A stretch of DNA of 64,000 nt from NCBI GenBank assembly GCA_020633825.1, contig JACKCV010000003.1, positions 241,167 through 305,166 on the forward strand, in the 5' to 3' direction. This stretch comes from Fibrobacteria bacterium (GTDB lineage: Bacteria > Fibrobacterota > Fibrobacteria > UBA5070). The position numbers and the translations under genes were made by a program. Of the stretch, positions 1 through 9,779 are shown in pieces. Positions within the stretch are counted from its first letter, which is position 1, and every line of letters begins with the position of its first letter. A model generated the notes under the pieces. The model did no database searches. It was not told the DNA's origin and saw only the letters and a list, made by a program, of their open reading frames with translations.

Positions 1-569
1 CGATCGAACAGGTCCAGATGGCTCTCGAGGACCGGTGGTTTGAGATGATGGACCTTCCAGCGGCTGAGCAGGAAGGGCCAATCGTTCTTGGATCCCGAAT
101 ACGACACCAGATTGGGCCGTTGCTGGACCATTTCCGTCACCAGGTGCAACCAAGCCTTCTCCTCGGAGTGGTCCCGCGCGAGCGCCTGCCAAAGCCTCCA
201 CTCGGATCCATCGTGGAAGACCGCTCCGAACAGGAATCCGGGTTGCCCCCGGCCACCTTGGGTTTCGATGTCGAACCACATGCGCGAGGGATCGATCGGA
301 GGCAGGGTCGGCATGGGCGACCAGAATTCCTCCAGAGGGCGATCCAGCAGCCACAACGGGCCGAACGGGGTTTGCACCTCGTGCCCCTCGACGATTTCCT
401 CCAGCCGCATGGGCCGATCCTCGGCGAGTTCGAAGAGGACGAAGGTTTCGCGATCCGCTCGGGCGTAGGGGGGCCGGTCGTTTTCGTCGGACTTCCGATC
501 CTTCTCCACCGCACGACGGAGCCCCCAGGGAGCCTTGGATTCCAGAGCGTGGACCAACCGGGCCACCAC
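1..569 (-). CDS. Partial CDS (C-terminus beyond left edge): RNase-H-like / YprB-type 3'-5' exonuclease domain protein
   Basis: Manual translation of the minus frame continuing after the FapA stop gives ...MRLEEIVEGHEVQT...SRMWFDIETQGGRGQPGFLFGAVFHDGSEWRLWQ...LVSYSGSKNDWPFLLSRWKVHHLKPPVLESHLDLFD, with good GC3 bias. The FDIETxG and YxGxxFDxPFL motifs match the RNase_H-like YprB/PolB-exonuclease domain. Not in the ORF track because it runs off the window. Start unclear: ATG at 410 or GTG at 566/569. Confidence 0.45.
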   Translation of the reverse strand, partial: MVARLVHALESKAPWGLRRAVEKDRKSDENDRPPYARADRETFVLFELAEDRPMRLEEIVEGHEVQTPFGPLWLLDRPLEEFWSPMPTLPPIDPSRMWFDIETQGGRGQPGFLFGAVFHDGSEWRLWQALARDHSEEKAWLHLVTEMVQQRPNLVSYSGSKNDWPFLLSRWKVHHLKPPVLESHLDLFD

Positions 570-629
570 CCGCGCCGTGCGCTCCCGGGCGCTGATTTCG
601 TTCTCGTCGACGATGGGACTCTCTCCTGT

Positions 630-2258
630 TCAGGCCCGCCGCGTCTCGATTTCGTCATCCTTGATCGAGAGCCGCACGGGTGGCGATAACTGGTCGATCG
701 GAACGACCTTCCTGAAAATATGCAACTCGGTGCCCATGAAGATCTGCCGACGCACCGTCACCGACCCCTCGCGGACGCGATCGGCCGACAGAAGTTCGTT
801 GCATTCCGCCCGTCGCTTCTCGATCTGGCGAAACCGTTCGGTGATCGCGGCATACTGCTGCAAGGCCTCCTGGGCGTCGTCTCGGGCGCGTCCCAGGAGG
901 CCCCCTCCCGAAGAAACCCTCTGGCGAATCGCCAGGACCTTGGGCTCGAGAATTTCCCGCAGCGGCGCGAGCTTGCGTTCTTCGATGCTCATCTTCTCCA
1001 GCTCGGCCATGGCGTCCTCTTCCTCCGGCACACCGAGTTTCACCTTGGTGGGCGTCCCGGCCGAGGTCCCGAGGACTTCCACCTCGAGTTCCTTGTACAC
1101 GAAAGTCTCCCCCCCCACCAGGACCCCTCCACGGGGGAACTTGAGGATCGGGCAGCGGACGATGCAGTGCTGGAGGTACTTGCCGGGCTCGAGGGTGCCG
1201 CCGCATTCGATGGTGGCCTCGTGCGCGAACCCGAGATGGATGTCCGTGGCGGCCTTGAGTTCGCCACCGAAGACTCCCCCCCGGATCTGGATGAATCCTC
1301 TCTGCGAGCTGATGTTCGCCCCTTCGGCGGTCCCTTGGATCACCACGTCTCCGCCGGCATGGATCTGGAATCCGGAAGGAACGTTGCCCCCGATCTCGAC
1401 GGCCCCGTGGTACTTGATGTTGCCGACGGAGAGGTCGAGATCCCCCTTCACCTGGAAGACATGGCCGACATGGATGCGACCGTCGCGACCTCGATAGAGG
1501 TACCCGTCGCAAGCGGCTTCGGCCACGTCCGGGCAATCCGATCGCAAACGGCATCCGGCGGGCGCCGCCAATCGGGCGTCCTTGCCTTTGCGGGCCTGGA
1601 TGGTCCGTCCGGCGAGATCCCGCCCGTCGACGGCGACGACCCCGGGATGCCGGATGTAGAGGGCGGTCCCCTCCGAGATTTCGGGTAGGCGGCCCCGATC
1701 GTGGAAATCGACCGTCCCGTCCTCCGCGGGCTGCGGCAGGACGAGATCCTCGAATTTCACCAGGCACTCCACGTTGGTGTCGGTTCCATGCACGGGCTCC
1801 AGGCCGTGCGCGACCGCCACGAAGTCCTCGATGGGGTTTTCCAGGATCTGCGCGATCTTCTCGCGATCGACCCCGAAGGACACGTCGTGGCGAAGCAGGA
1901 TCTGGCAGATCTCCTCCACGGTCCCCACGCGGCCCTGCTCGGCCATCAATTCGTACTGGATCAGGACCTTCGCCACCAACCCTTCCTTCTCGACCACCGC
2001 CACGACATTGGGAACGTCGTCCCGGAACTCGAAAGGCTTTCCGACTTCCGTCCACTCCTGGACGTGTTCGCGCAGCACCCCCATGATCGCGGGGATGTTC
2101 GCATTGACGATCCCCGCCGACAGGAATCCGCGGATGAGATCCTGTTCCCCCGGAAGATCCGTGAAATCGACGGAGCGGACCGACGCCCCGTCGGGACGAT
2201 TCTGCCATTGCAAGAACTGACGCAGGTAGGCGAAGCCGAAGCTGGGATCGACACTCAT
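630..2258 (-). CDS. FapA-like (DUF342) protein
   Basis: 542 aa with a central Gly-rich beta-helix repeat region (GGDVVIQG, GGNVPSG, GAVEIGGN) and a C-terminal coiled-coil, the typical FapA/DUF342 architecture. ATG at 2258. Confidence 0.55.
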   Translation of the reverse strand: MSVDPSFGFAYLRQFLQWQNRPDGASVRSVDFTDLPGEQDLIRGFLSAGIVNANIPAIMGVLREHVQEWTEVGKPFEFRDDVPNVVAVVEKEGLVAKVLIQYELMAEQGRVGTVEEICQILLRHDVSFGVDREKIAQILENPIEDFVAVAHGLEPVHGTDTNVECLVKFEDLVLPQPAEDGTVDFHDRGRLPEISEGTALYIRHPGVVAVDGRDLAGRTIQARKGKDARLAAPAGCRLRSDCPDVAEAACDGYLYRGRDGRIHVGHVFQVKGDLDLSVGNIKYHGAVEIGGNVPSGFQIHAGGDVVIQGTAEGANISSQRGFIQIRGGVFGGELKAATDIHLGFAHEATIECGGTLEPGKYLQHCIVRCPILKFPRGGVLVGGETFVYKELEVEVLGTSAGTPTKVKLGVPEEEDAMAELEKMSIEERKLAPLREILEPKVLAIRQRVSSGGGLLGRARDDAQEALQQYAAITERFRQIEKRRAECNELLSADRVREGSVTVRRQIFMGTELHIFRKVVPIDQLSPPVRLSIKDDEIETRRA

Positions 2259-2375
2259 GTGTGCATGATCGCATTTCCCGACCCGGAATGTGAAGAGGAG
2301 GATGGGAAACTCCTCGCTCGCGCCTGGACCGCCGTGCCGGGAGGCCGGATCCGGGTGCCCTCGGACGCCTGGAGC

Positions 2376-3323
2376 TCAGGGGAGGGGGATCGACGCTCCC
2401 TGCAGGCACACCGAAGCGACCAGGAAACCGGCCACCAGGAAAGGTCCGAAGGGGAGGGCCTGGGCGTCGAGGCCGGTCCCCTCGGTCTGGGCACGCGCCA
2501 CGGAGGCCGGACGCAGGAGGTGGACCACCATCCCGAACACCGCGGCGAAGGGAAGCCCCAGGACGATCGCGGGGAAGCCCAACGCCGCACCCGCGGCGAG
2601 GGCCAGGGAGACATCCCCCAGCCCGAGCGCCTCCATGTCCCCGTGGAACCGGGCCCAGCGGAAACCCAGGGGCGCGAGCGGTCCCCGACGCCAGGAGCGG
2701 GGCGAGAGCCTCATCAGGGTCCGGGTCCATCGTCCCATCCATCCCAGGACCACCCGGGATCCGAAGGAGATCAGGTACAGGAGACCGCACGCCAGGAGCG
2801 CGTCGCGCAGGGCGAGGACGAGTTCCGGCATAGGCTGCTCGGCCAGGATGCCGCGGGCCAGGAGGGAGGAGACCAGCGCGAAGACCACCAATCCGTCGGG
2901 GATCTCGAAGGTGTCCCAATCGATCAGGGCGATGGGAACGCCGGACAGCGCGAAGGCCAGCCACCCGCCCGCCGAGGCTGCGTCCGGCCAGTGGCCGCGC
3001 AAGGCGAGCAGCGCCCAGGTCCAGCCGAGGACCCCGCAGAAGAACTCGACCGCCACGTAGCGGAGGGGGATGCGGCAGCCGCACCAGGCGCACTTTCCCC
3101 GCTGGACCAGCCACGTCGCCACCGGGATGTTGCGGTACCACGGGATGGGTGTCCTGCATTTGGGACAGTGCGACCCCGGCCGATTCAGGCTCATGCCCAG
3201 GGGGAGACGCCAGGCGACCACGTTGAAGAAGGAGCCGAAGGCCGCCCCCATGAAGGCCGCCAGGGCCAGGAGGACCCAGGAGGGCAGGGCCAGCCAGGAT
3301 TCCAGGACGGAGGCGATCAGAGC
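2376..3323 (-). CDS. pilD: Type IV prepilin peptidase (A24 family, PilD-like) with N-terminal Cys4 zinc-finger
   Basis: C-terminal 315 aa of ORF 2376..4310: GSFFNVVAWRLP...CPKCRTPI...CAWCGCRI zinc finger followed by multi-TM peptidase (IALIDWDTFEIPD). The upstream part of the listed ORF is an arginine-rich extension. No canonical start near; candidate CTG at 3320 overlapping the GT2 stop (cTGA). Confidence 0.7.
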   Translation of the reverse strand, partial: ALIASVLESWLALPSWVLLALAAFMGAAFGSFFNVVAWRLPLGMSLNRPGSHCPKCRTPIPWYRNIPVATWLVQRGKCAWCGCRIPLRYVAVEFFCGVLGWTWALLALRGHWPDAASAGGWLAFALSGVPIALIDWDTFEIPDGLVVFALVSSLLARGILAEQPMPELVLALRDALLACGLLYLISFGSRVVLGWMGRWTRTLMRLSPRSWRRGPLAPLGFRWARFHGDMEALGLGDVSLALAAGAALGFPAIVLGLPFAAVFGMVVHLLRPASVARAQTEGTGLDAQALPFGPFLVAGFLVASVCLQGASIPLP

Positions 3324-4234
3324 GACTCCGCGATGGGGAGGTCCCCGGAGCGTTCCCGGCTCTGGACCAGCTCGGCGATGAGTCCCAAGGACAGGAATTG
3401 CACCCCGAGGATGATCCCCCCCACCGAGAACAGCAGCAACGGGCGGATGTGGAGCTCCCGGGTGAGGATCCATTGGACCGCGAACCAGGGGATGGGGAGC
3501 GACCCCAGGACGAGGGCGATCAGGCCGATGCCCCCGAACAGGTGCAAGGGGCGCCGCAGATAGCGGTGGAGGAACCACAGGGTGAGGAGGTCGAAGAGCC
3601 CGTGGAAGCCGCGCGACCAACCGTACTTGCTGGAACCGAACTGGCGGGCCCGGTGGTTGACCACCTTCTCGGTGACGCGGAAGCCATCCCAATGGGCCAT
3701 GACGGGAAGCAGCCGGTGCATTTGTCCGTACAACCGCAGATTGGGCAGGACTTCCCGCCGATAGGCCTTGAGGCCGCAATTGAAGTCGTGGAGCTTCAGA
3801 CCCGAGACCCGCTGCACCAACGCGTTGTACACGCGGCTGGGGAGGGTCTTGTCGACGGGGTCGTTGCGTACCTGCTTCCATCCGGAGACCAGGTCCCAAC
3901 CGGATTCGAGCATCCCCACGAGGGGACGGATCTCCGCGGGATCGTCCTGCAGATCGGCATCCATGGTGATCACGAAATCGCCCTGCACGGCGGCGAATCC
4001 CGCGGCCAGGGCCGCGGCCTTGCCGGCATTGCGCCGGAAGCGGACGCCACGGATGCGTGGATCGCGCGCGTGTTCCTCGCGGACCTTGGCGAAGGTGTCG
4101 TCTCCGGATCCGTCGTCGACGACCACGACCTCCCAGGCTCCTTCGAACCCTTCGAGACAGGTCCTGATCTCGGCGAAGAGATGGGGAAGGCTTTCCGCCT
4201 CGTTCCATGCAGGGATGACCAGACTGAGCTTCAC
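3317..4234 (-). CDS. Family 2 glycosyltransferase (polyprenyl-phosphate sugar transferase, DPM1/ArnC/GtrB-like) with C-terminal TM helices
   Basis: C-terminal 305 aa of ORF 3317..5443: LSLVIPAWNEAESL...VVVDDGSGDDT...ITMDADLQDDP (DxD), then 2 TM helices. GTG at 4234 preceded by GGAGAGG SD. GTGA overlap with the upstream gene. Confidence 0.8.
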   Translation of the reverse strand: MKLSLVIPAWNEAESLPHLFAEIRTCLEGFEGAWEVVVVDDGSGDDTFAKVREEHARDPRIRGVRFRRNAGKAAALAAGFAAVQGDFVITMDADLQDDPAEIRPLVGMLESGWDLVSGWKQVRNDPVDKTLPSRVYNALVQRVSGLKLHDFNCGLKAYRREVLPNLRLYGQMHRLLPVMAHWDGFRVTEKVVNHRARQFGSSKYGWSRGFHGLFDLLTLWFLHRYLRRPLHLFGGIGLIALVLGSLPIPWFAVQWILTRELHIRPLLLFSVGGIILGVQFLSLGLIAELVQSRERSGDLPIAESL

Positions 4235-5253
4235 GGATTCCTCTCCGGAGTTCCCGACGGATCGGGTTCTCCTCGCATCGAAATGAAGATCCCGACGATC
4301 GCGCTGACAAGCGCGGGAATGGTCATTCCCACCAGACTCGCCAGCAGGGCCTGGGCGAGTGCGAGGGAGGGGGCCATATCCGCCGAAACCCCGATCATCA
4401 CGCCCGGCAAGGCGAAGAAGGTCTTCTGCGTCCCCTCCCGCAACCCCCAGCCCCCCACCGAAACCGGAAGGATGCTCACCAGGGAGACGATCGGAACGAA
4501 CAGCAGGAACCAGGCGAACTCGATGGACAACCCCAACGCCTGGGCACAGAAGGCGTGGACCACGATGCGTTGGAACTGCACGACGAGGGACAACCCCACC
4601 ACCTGGAGGACGGGGCCGGGATTGGTCCGGTATTCGAGGAAGGCCCCGCGCAGATCCCGTGCCGTGGAAAGCAACCGTCCCTCCCCGACCCAGCGGGTCA
4701 GGGGCGCGAACCAGCCCAGGAATCGTCGGGAGAACAGGATCGCCGCGACGACGCAGAACCCCAGGGAAACCAGGCCGGTCAGCAGAGCCATCCGTTCGAA
4801 CAAGGGATCGTGGTCGCCCGCCACCAGAAGCAGGGATGCGGCGAAGGCGAAGAAGGCGAGGGTGAAGAGCCCGACGAACCGGTCGAGCAGGGTCGCGGCC
4901 ACCCCGCGCGCACCGGATTTGGTGTCGCGCTGGACGGCCACGGCGCGCACGAAATCGCCCCCGACCCCGGTGGGGAGGACGAAATTCAGGAACATGCCCA
5001 GGGAATACGCGCGCAACAGGCGCCTGGCCGACGCCCGCACGCCCTGGACCACCAGCAGTCGTTCCCATTGCCAAGCCCCCAGCAGAACGGAAACGGCCAT
5101 CATCCCCGCGGCGGCGGCCAGCCACCGCAACTCCACCGCACGCAGATGGTCGAGCACCGCCGGAGCGTCGTTGCGAGACAGGACCCACGCCACCAGCGCG
5201 ATGGTCACCACCACCTGGAGCGCCGAGGCCACCAATCGCCGCAGGGCCTTCAC
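4231..5253 (-). CDS. UPF0104 / lysylphosphatidylglycerol-synthase-TM-like (flippase-like) integral membrane protein
   Basis: About 8 TM segments, FLNFVLPTGVGGDFVRA motif typical of the TIGR00374/UPF0104 family often paired with GT2 enzymes. GTG at 5253 overlaps the GT4 stop (GTGA). Confidence 0.6.
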   Translation of the reverse strand: MKALRRLVASALQVVVTIALVAWVLSRNDAPAVLDHLRAVELRWLAAAAGMMAVSVLLGAWQWERLLVVQGVRASARRLLRAYSLGMFLNFVLPTGVGGDFVRAVAVQRDTKSGARGVAATLLDRFVGLFTLAFFAFAASLLLVAGDHDPLFERMALLTGLVSLGFCVVAAILFSRRFLGWFAPLTRWVGEGRLLSTARDLRGAFLEYRTNPGPVLQVVGLSLVVQFQRIVVHAFCAQALGLSIEFAWFLLFVPIVSLVSILPVSVGGWGLREGTQKTFFALPGVMIGVSADMAPSLALAQALLASLVGMTIPALVSAIVGIFISMRGEPDPSGTPERNP

Positions 5254-6362
5254 CTCGAGGCCAACCTTCGGCGCAGCACCTCTTCGGTGCGTTCGGCGAC
5301 CCGGTCCCAAGTGTGTTCGGCGGCCCAGGAAAGGCTCCGCTCCTGCAGGAATTTGGCCAGGGAACCATCTGCCAGGATCCTACCGACCCGCTCGGCCATC
5401 GCCGCATGGTCCCCGAAGGGAACCAGATACCCCGTCTGCCCATCCCGGACGGAATCGCAAAGCCCCGGAACGTCGGAGGCCACCACGGGAGTCCCGCATC
5501 CGTTGGCCTCGATGCTCGTCAGTCCCCATCCCTCCTTGCGCGAGGAGTTGAGGGCGACGGAGGCGCGACGGTACAGGGAGATCTTCTCGTCTTCCGAGAC
5601 GCGCCCGTGGAAATGGACCCTCTCGGCGATTCCCAGGGTCTGGGCGACCGCCCGCAGGCGCGGCACGTCGTCCCCCGACCCCGCGATCTCCAGTCGCACC
5701 CTGGGGTGGTGGGGCACGAGAGCCGCCAAGGTGTGGAGGAGGACATCGAGGCCCTTGTACTTCTTCACACGGCCCAGGTACAGGAGCATGTCGGGATCCC
5801 GTTCGCCAGGTCCGGGAGGCGCGTAGCCACGCAGATCCACGCCTTCCCCCACGTCGACCACGCGCTGGAGACCCAAGCGGAGCAATTCCGCCTGGGCCGA
5901 AGGCGACCCGGTCATGACGGGAACGGACCGGTAGCATCTCGGAACCAGTCGTTCGGCGAGATGGACGTAGAGCGCGGCGGGAGGACTGGCCTCCCGGAAG
6001 ATCGTGGTGCCGAACAGGTGGTGGATCAACCCCACCACCGGAACGGAGGTGCGCCAGGGAGCCAGCAAGGGGATCTTGTTGGAATCATCGACGACAATTT
6101 CCGGCCTCAACTCGGCGACCCACTCGGGCAACCGGTTCCACACCGTGAAATTGAAGGTGTTGCCGCCCCCTTCGCGCCGGACGGAATACCCTGCTTCCCT
6201 GTCGGAGGAGGGTAGCCCCCGAACGGCGTGGCTCACCAGGGTGCAATCCCACCCCCGATCGGCGAGCCTCGCGAGCACCTCGTGGGCGTGGACCTCCGCC
6301 CCTCCCGCGAGGGGATTGCGGAGATCCCGCCAATTCAGCCAGAGAAGCCGGATCGAACTCAC
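5250..6362 (-). CDS. GT4-family (GT-B fold) glycosyltransferase
   Basis: C-terminal 370 aa of ORF 5250..6827: EGWGLTSIEANGCGTPVVASDVPG...DGQTGYLV (E-x7-E-like GT4 motif). GTG at 6362 overlapping the stop of the upstream gene (GTGA). The N-terminal 155 aa of the listed ORF are Arg/Pro junk. Confidence 0.8.
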   Translation of the reverse strand: MSSIRLLWLNWRDLRNPLAGGAEVHAHEVLARLADRGWDCTLVSHAVRGLPSSDREAGYSVRREGGGNTFNFTVWNRLPEWVAELRPEIVVDDSNKIPLLAPWRTSVPVVGLIHHLFGTTIFREASPPAALYVHLAERLVPRCYRSVPVMTGSPSAQAELLRLGLQRVVDVGEGVDLRGYAPPGPGERDPDMLLYLGRVKKYKGLDVLLHTLAALVPHHPRVRLEIAGSGDDVPRLRAVAQTLGIAERVHFHGRVSEDEKISLYRRASVALNSSRKEGWGLTSIEANGCGTPVVASDVPGLCDSVRDGQTGYLVPFGDHAAMAERVGRILADGSLAKFLQERSLSWAAEHTWDRVAERTEEVLRRRLASR

Positions 6363-9349
6363 TGCGCCGGGGTCGTGGCCTGGGCGGAACCCGCTGCGGG
6401 AGCGGCCGGAGCCGGTGGCGCGACGGGGGCCGTCGGAGCGGGAGCCAGGACGGGAGGAGTCGCCTGCTGCTGCATCTGGACGCGATTCTGCAGCATGGAG
6501 ACCACCTGCTGGGTGCGGCCGTCGCCCGGACGCAGGGTGTTGGCGGCCTCGGCGGCCTTGAGGGCCTCGGCATCGCGACCGGCTTCGGCGAGGACCATCG
6601 CCAGATCGAGCTGCAGGGCCGCATCGTTCGGACGAGCCTTCGCGGCGGAATCCATCAGCTTGATTCCCTGTTCCTTGCGGCCGGAACGCTGCATGGCCTC
6701 GACGCGGGCGCGGAGGATCATGGGTTCGTCGGGCATGCGCTTCTGCGCGGCGGCCAGGATGCTGTCGGCCTGCTCGGGACGCCCGATCTGGGTGTACATC
6801 TGGGAGGCGAAGTACGGAGTCCTCCATTCGTCGGGCAGGATGGACTCGCTCTTGCGCAACAGGCGTGTCACGACGGCCAGACGCGCATCGATGGCCTTGC
6901 GGATCCGGGGACCGTCGGTGGAATCCATGCCGGGCAGTTCCAGCGAATCCTTCAGAGCCCGGATTTCGTCCCCTTCGGCCATGGAGGTCTGGATGGCGAT
7001 CGAGGCGTAGTTCATCAGCAACCGACGGGAATCGTCATCGAGGTAGCGGAGCTTGGGAGCCGAAGCGTCCATGCCGCGGTACTTGTAGACGTTCTCGAAG
7101 AGGTCGACGGTCCGGTCGACGTCGACCGGCTGCTTCACGAGGGAGTCGGTGAGGACGTACACCATGCCCTGCATGCGGCAGTAGGGGGCGAACCCGAGCA
7201 TGTTGTCGTCGCCCACGGTCGCGGCGAACACCACCGGTTTGCGCTTGGGAGCCTGCTCGTTGGCCATGATGATGTGCATGATCAACTTGTCCTGGATCTT
7301 CAGGTAGGGCAGGCTCTTGGTCCCGGGGAAATCGATGACCCGCTTGCCGACCGGAAGCTGCATGCCGTTGGGATACGGATTGCGCTCCGGGGAAAGCGCC
7401 TTGATCTCGGCGTCGGTGAGCAGGAGCGGAACCTTCGGCTCGATGTCGCGCATCTGGCGGATGTACCAGTCGGTGTTGATCAGCGAGAGGTTCACCAGAC
7501 GGACGTCGCGACGGACGCCGTAGGTCTCCTGCAGGGCCCACAGGGGGAACGTGTCGTTGTCCCCGTTGGTGAAGAGGATCGCGTCCTGGGGGCAACTCAT
7601 GAGGAGGTTGTAGGCGTAGTCGTAGGGGACGTGGATCCGGGATCGGTCGTGCTCCGTCCAGTTGGACGTCCCGGCGACCACGGGAACCATGGCGCACAGC
7701 AGGACCGCCCCCACGAATTTGGGTTGGCTGGTCCAGTTCGACCCGCTGGGCATCTGCTGGCGCAGGCGCATCAGGAAGATCGCCATGGCCATGCCGTACA
7801 GGATGGAGACCAGCACGTAGGCGGGAGTGAAGAAGTAGTCGCGCTCGCGGACTTCCATGTGGACCGGCGCGGGGTACTGGACGTTCTGGCCGTTGGCGAT
7901 GGCCTGTTTGTACCAGTACACGTCGGAGGTCTCGGGACGGGTCCCGTCGGCGAAGTTCACGTAGCCCAGGATGCCGAAGCTGGAGAAGATGTAGAGACCG
8001 GCCAGCAACCCGGCGAGGGTCTTGTCGCGCTTCCAGCCGAAGGACACGAGCCACCAGAGGGGAAGGTGGGCGAGGATGAACAGCGCCCACTGGGCCAGAC
8101 GCTTCGCGCTTTGCCCGGGAACGGTGACGTAGCGGCCATCCTCGGCGCGTTGCATCCGAACCTGCAGGGCGGCGACCATGGAGGGGATCTTGTAGCCCAG
8201 GAAGGATTCCTCGCGTCCGGGCTTGAAGGGGAGGAACTGGGCGAACAGGTAGCCGCCGTACCCCATGTTCTCGTGGACCAGCAGCTGGTTGAGAGGGTGG
8301 GCACGCCGGGTCATGGCGCGCACCAGGGGATTCTCGGAACCGTACTGCTTGCGTTCGATGTATTCCTGGAACTCGCCCCAGTTCTCCAGGGACAGTGCGT
8401 CCTTCCAGGAGGGGGTCTTGTGGAGGTTGTTCCAGGTGGCGCGATCCTGGAGGACCAGGGGCTCGCGGATTTCCGGATCACCTTCGTCGATGATGGGATC
8501 GAGGGCCGACCGGATGGGGATGAACAGGTAGAGGGACCATGCCATCAGGGCCGACAGGGAGATCATGGCGGAAAGCTTGAAGCCTTCCTTCTGCCCGAGG
8601 ACGGGGAGCTTCCAGAACAGCAGGCAGGCCAGGAAGGTGCCGATCAGGATGAAGGGCGTGTTGCCGGGCATGTAGAGGACGCTCATGACCAGGGGGCCGG
8701 CGATGTAGAGGGGCCACATCGTGCGCAGACGCTTGTCGACGACCACCATCCAGATGGTGATCAGCGGAAGGAACATCACCGTGAACAGGGTGAAATAGGT
8801 TCCCAGATAGCTGATGTACACAGTCACGACGAGGAGGCGATCCCCCCAGACCGTATTGCGCAGGTCGGTCCATTCCAGCATGAGGTACACCCCGAGGAGG
8901 GTGACGAACATGGCGCCGCAGTACACTTCGGCTTCCACCGCGGAAAACCAGAAGGTGTCTCCGAAGGTGGTGAGAAGCCCGGCGAAGATTCCACCGACGG
9001 CAGCGGCCCACAGGTGGTCCTTCTTCTCCTGGCGGGTCTGGAACATCCGGATGGACTTGAACGCGGTGAGGTAGGCGATTCCCGCGGTGAGGGAAGCCAG
9101 GATGCTGGAAGTCCAGTTGACGCGCATGCCCAGGTCGGGGAACCAGACGAAGAACATCACCGCCAGACGGGCCAGGACATGGTGCAACGGTGCACCGGGA
9201 GGATGGGGAACCATCAGGCCCTTGCCTGCCGAGATGAATTCGCCGCAATCCCAGAAACTCACGGTGGGAGCCACGGTCAGGCTATAGACGATCAGCGCGA
9301 ACAGGGTGGCGATGCCGGCCCCGTACCACTTCAGCTTGCGCTCGTTCAC
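6359..9349 (-). CDS. DUF2723 (TMEM260-like) polytopic membrane protein with C-terminal TPR repeats
   Basis: N-terminal SFWDCGEF motif and multi-TM region, C-terminal TPR-like helical repeats and a Pro/Ala tail. True start most likely GTG 9349 (perfect SD AAAGGAGA 6 nt upstream), not the ATG at 9418 that would overlap nusB by 41 nt. Confidence 0.7.
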   Translation of the reverse strand: MNERKLKWYGAGIATLFALIVYSLTVAPTVSFWDCGEFISAGKGLMVPHPPGAPLHHVLARLAVMFFVWFPDLGMRVNWTSSILASLTAGIAYLTAFKSIRMFQTRQEKKDHLWAAAVGGIFAGLLTTFGDTFWFSAVEAEVYCGAMFVTLLGVYLMLEWTDLRNTVWGDRLLVVTVYISYLGTYFTLFTVMFLPLITIWMVVVDKRLRTMWPLYIAGPLVMSVLYMPGNTPFILIGTFLACLLFWKLPVLGQKEGFKLSAMISLSALMAWSLYLFIPIRSALDPIIDEGDPEIREPLVLQDRATWNNLHKTPSWKDALSLENWGEFQEYIERKQYGSENPLVRAMTRRAHPLNQLLVHENMGYGGYLFAQFLPFKPGREESFLGYKIPSMVAALQVRMQRAEDGRYVTVPGQSAKRLAQWALFILAHLPLWWLVSFGWKRDKTLAGLLAGLYIFSSFGILGYVNFADGTRPETSDVYWYKQAIANGQNVQYPAPVHMEVRERDYFFTPAYVLVSILYGMAMAIFLMRLRQQMPSGSNWTSQPKFVGAVLLCAMVPVVAGTSNWTEHDRSRIHVPYDYAYNLLMSCPQDAILFTNGDNDTFPLWALQETYGVRRDVRLVNLSLINTDWYIRQMRDIEPKVPLLLTDAEIKALSPERNPYPNGMQLPVGKRVIDFPGTKSLPYLKIQDKLIMHIIMANEQAPKRKPVVFAATVGDDNMLGFAPYCRMQGMVYVLTDSLVKQPVDVDRTVDLFENVYKYRGMDASAPKLRYLDDDSRRLLMNYASIAIQTSMAEGDEIRALKDSLELPGMDSTDGPRIRKAIDARLAVVTRLLRKSESILPDEWRTPYFASQMYTQIGRPEQADSILAAAQKRMPDEPMILRARVEAMQRSGRKEQGIKLMDSAAKARPNDAALQLDLAMVLAEAGRDAEALKAAEAANTLRPGDGRTQQVVSMLQNRVQMQQQATPPVLAPAPTAPVAPPAPAAPAAGSAQATTPAQ

Positions 9350-9377
9350 GGACTGTCTCCTTTGGGGGTATTTGGGC

Positions 9378-9779
9378 TCAAGCCCTGACTTTTTTGGCGA
9401 TGGGATCGAGAACGCCATTCACGAAGCGTCCGGAACTCTCGGTGGAGTAGGACTTGGCGAGATCGATGAATTGATCGATGACCTGGTTGGTCGGGCTTTC
9501 GGGGAACTTGGAAAGTTCGGCCACGGCCAGACGCAGGACGCATCTGTCGATGAGGGCGAATCGGGAAGGGTCCCAATTGCGGGCGGTCTCCTTGAGCAGC
9601 TCCTCGGCCCGATCCCGCAACTCCAGTGCGTATTCGACCAGCCGCACGGCGAAGGCGCGCGCGGGAGGATCGGGGGTCAGGAAGACCAGCGCTTCGGGAA
9701 GGACCTGGTCGAGGGTCTCGGATCGGACTTCCATCTGGTACAGCAGATGGAGCGCCAATTCGCGTCCGGCGCGGCTCAT
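9378..9779 (-). CDS. nusB: Transcription antitermination factor NusB
   Basis: 133 aa; ELALHLLYQ...FVNGVLD motifs typical of NusB. ATGA overlap with the ribH stop. Confidence 0.85.
   Translation of the reverse strand: MSRAGRELALHLLYQMEVRSETLDQVLPEALVFLTPDPPARAFAVRLVEYALELRDRAEELLKETARNWDPSRFALIDRCVLRLAVAELSKFPESPTNQVIDQFIDLAKSYSTESSGRFVNGVLDPIAKKVRA

Noticed and set aside
655-3159. 834-aa minus-strand ORF
   Set aside because: Extreme Arg/Pro/Gly composition and poor GC3; alternative frame over the FapA and PilD genes. Spurious long ORF typical of 68% GC DNA.
3398-5551. 717-aa plus-strand ORF
   Set aside because: Antisense to the GT2/UPF0104/GT4 genes; low-complexity R/P/A/T-rich translation, no motifs.
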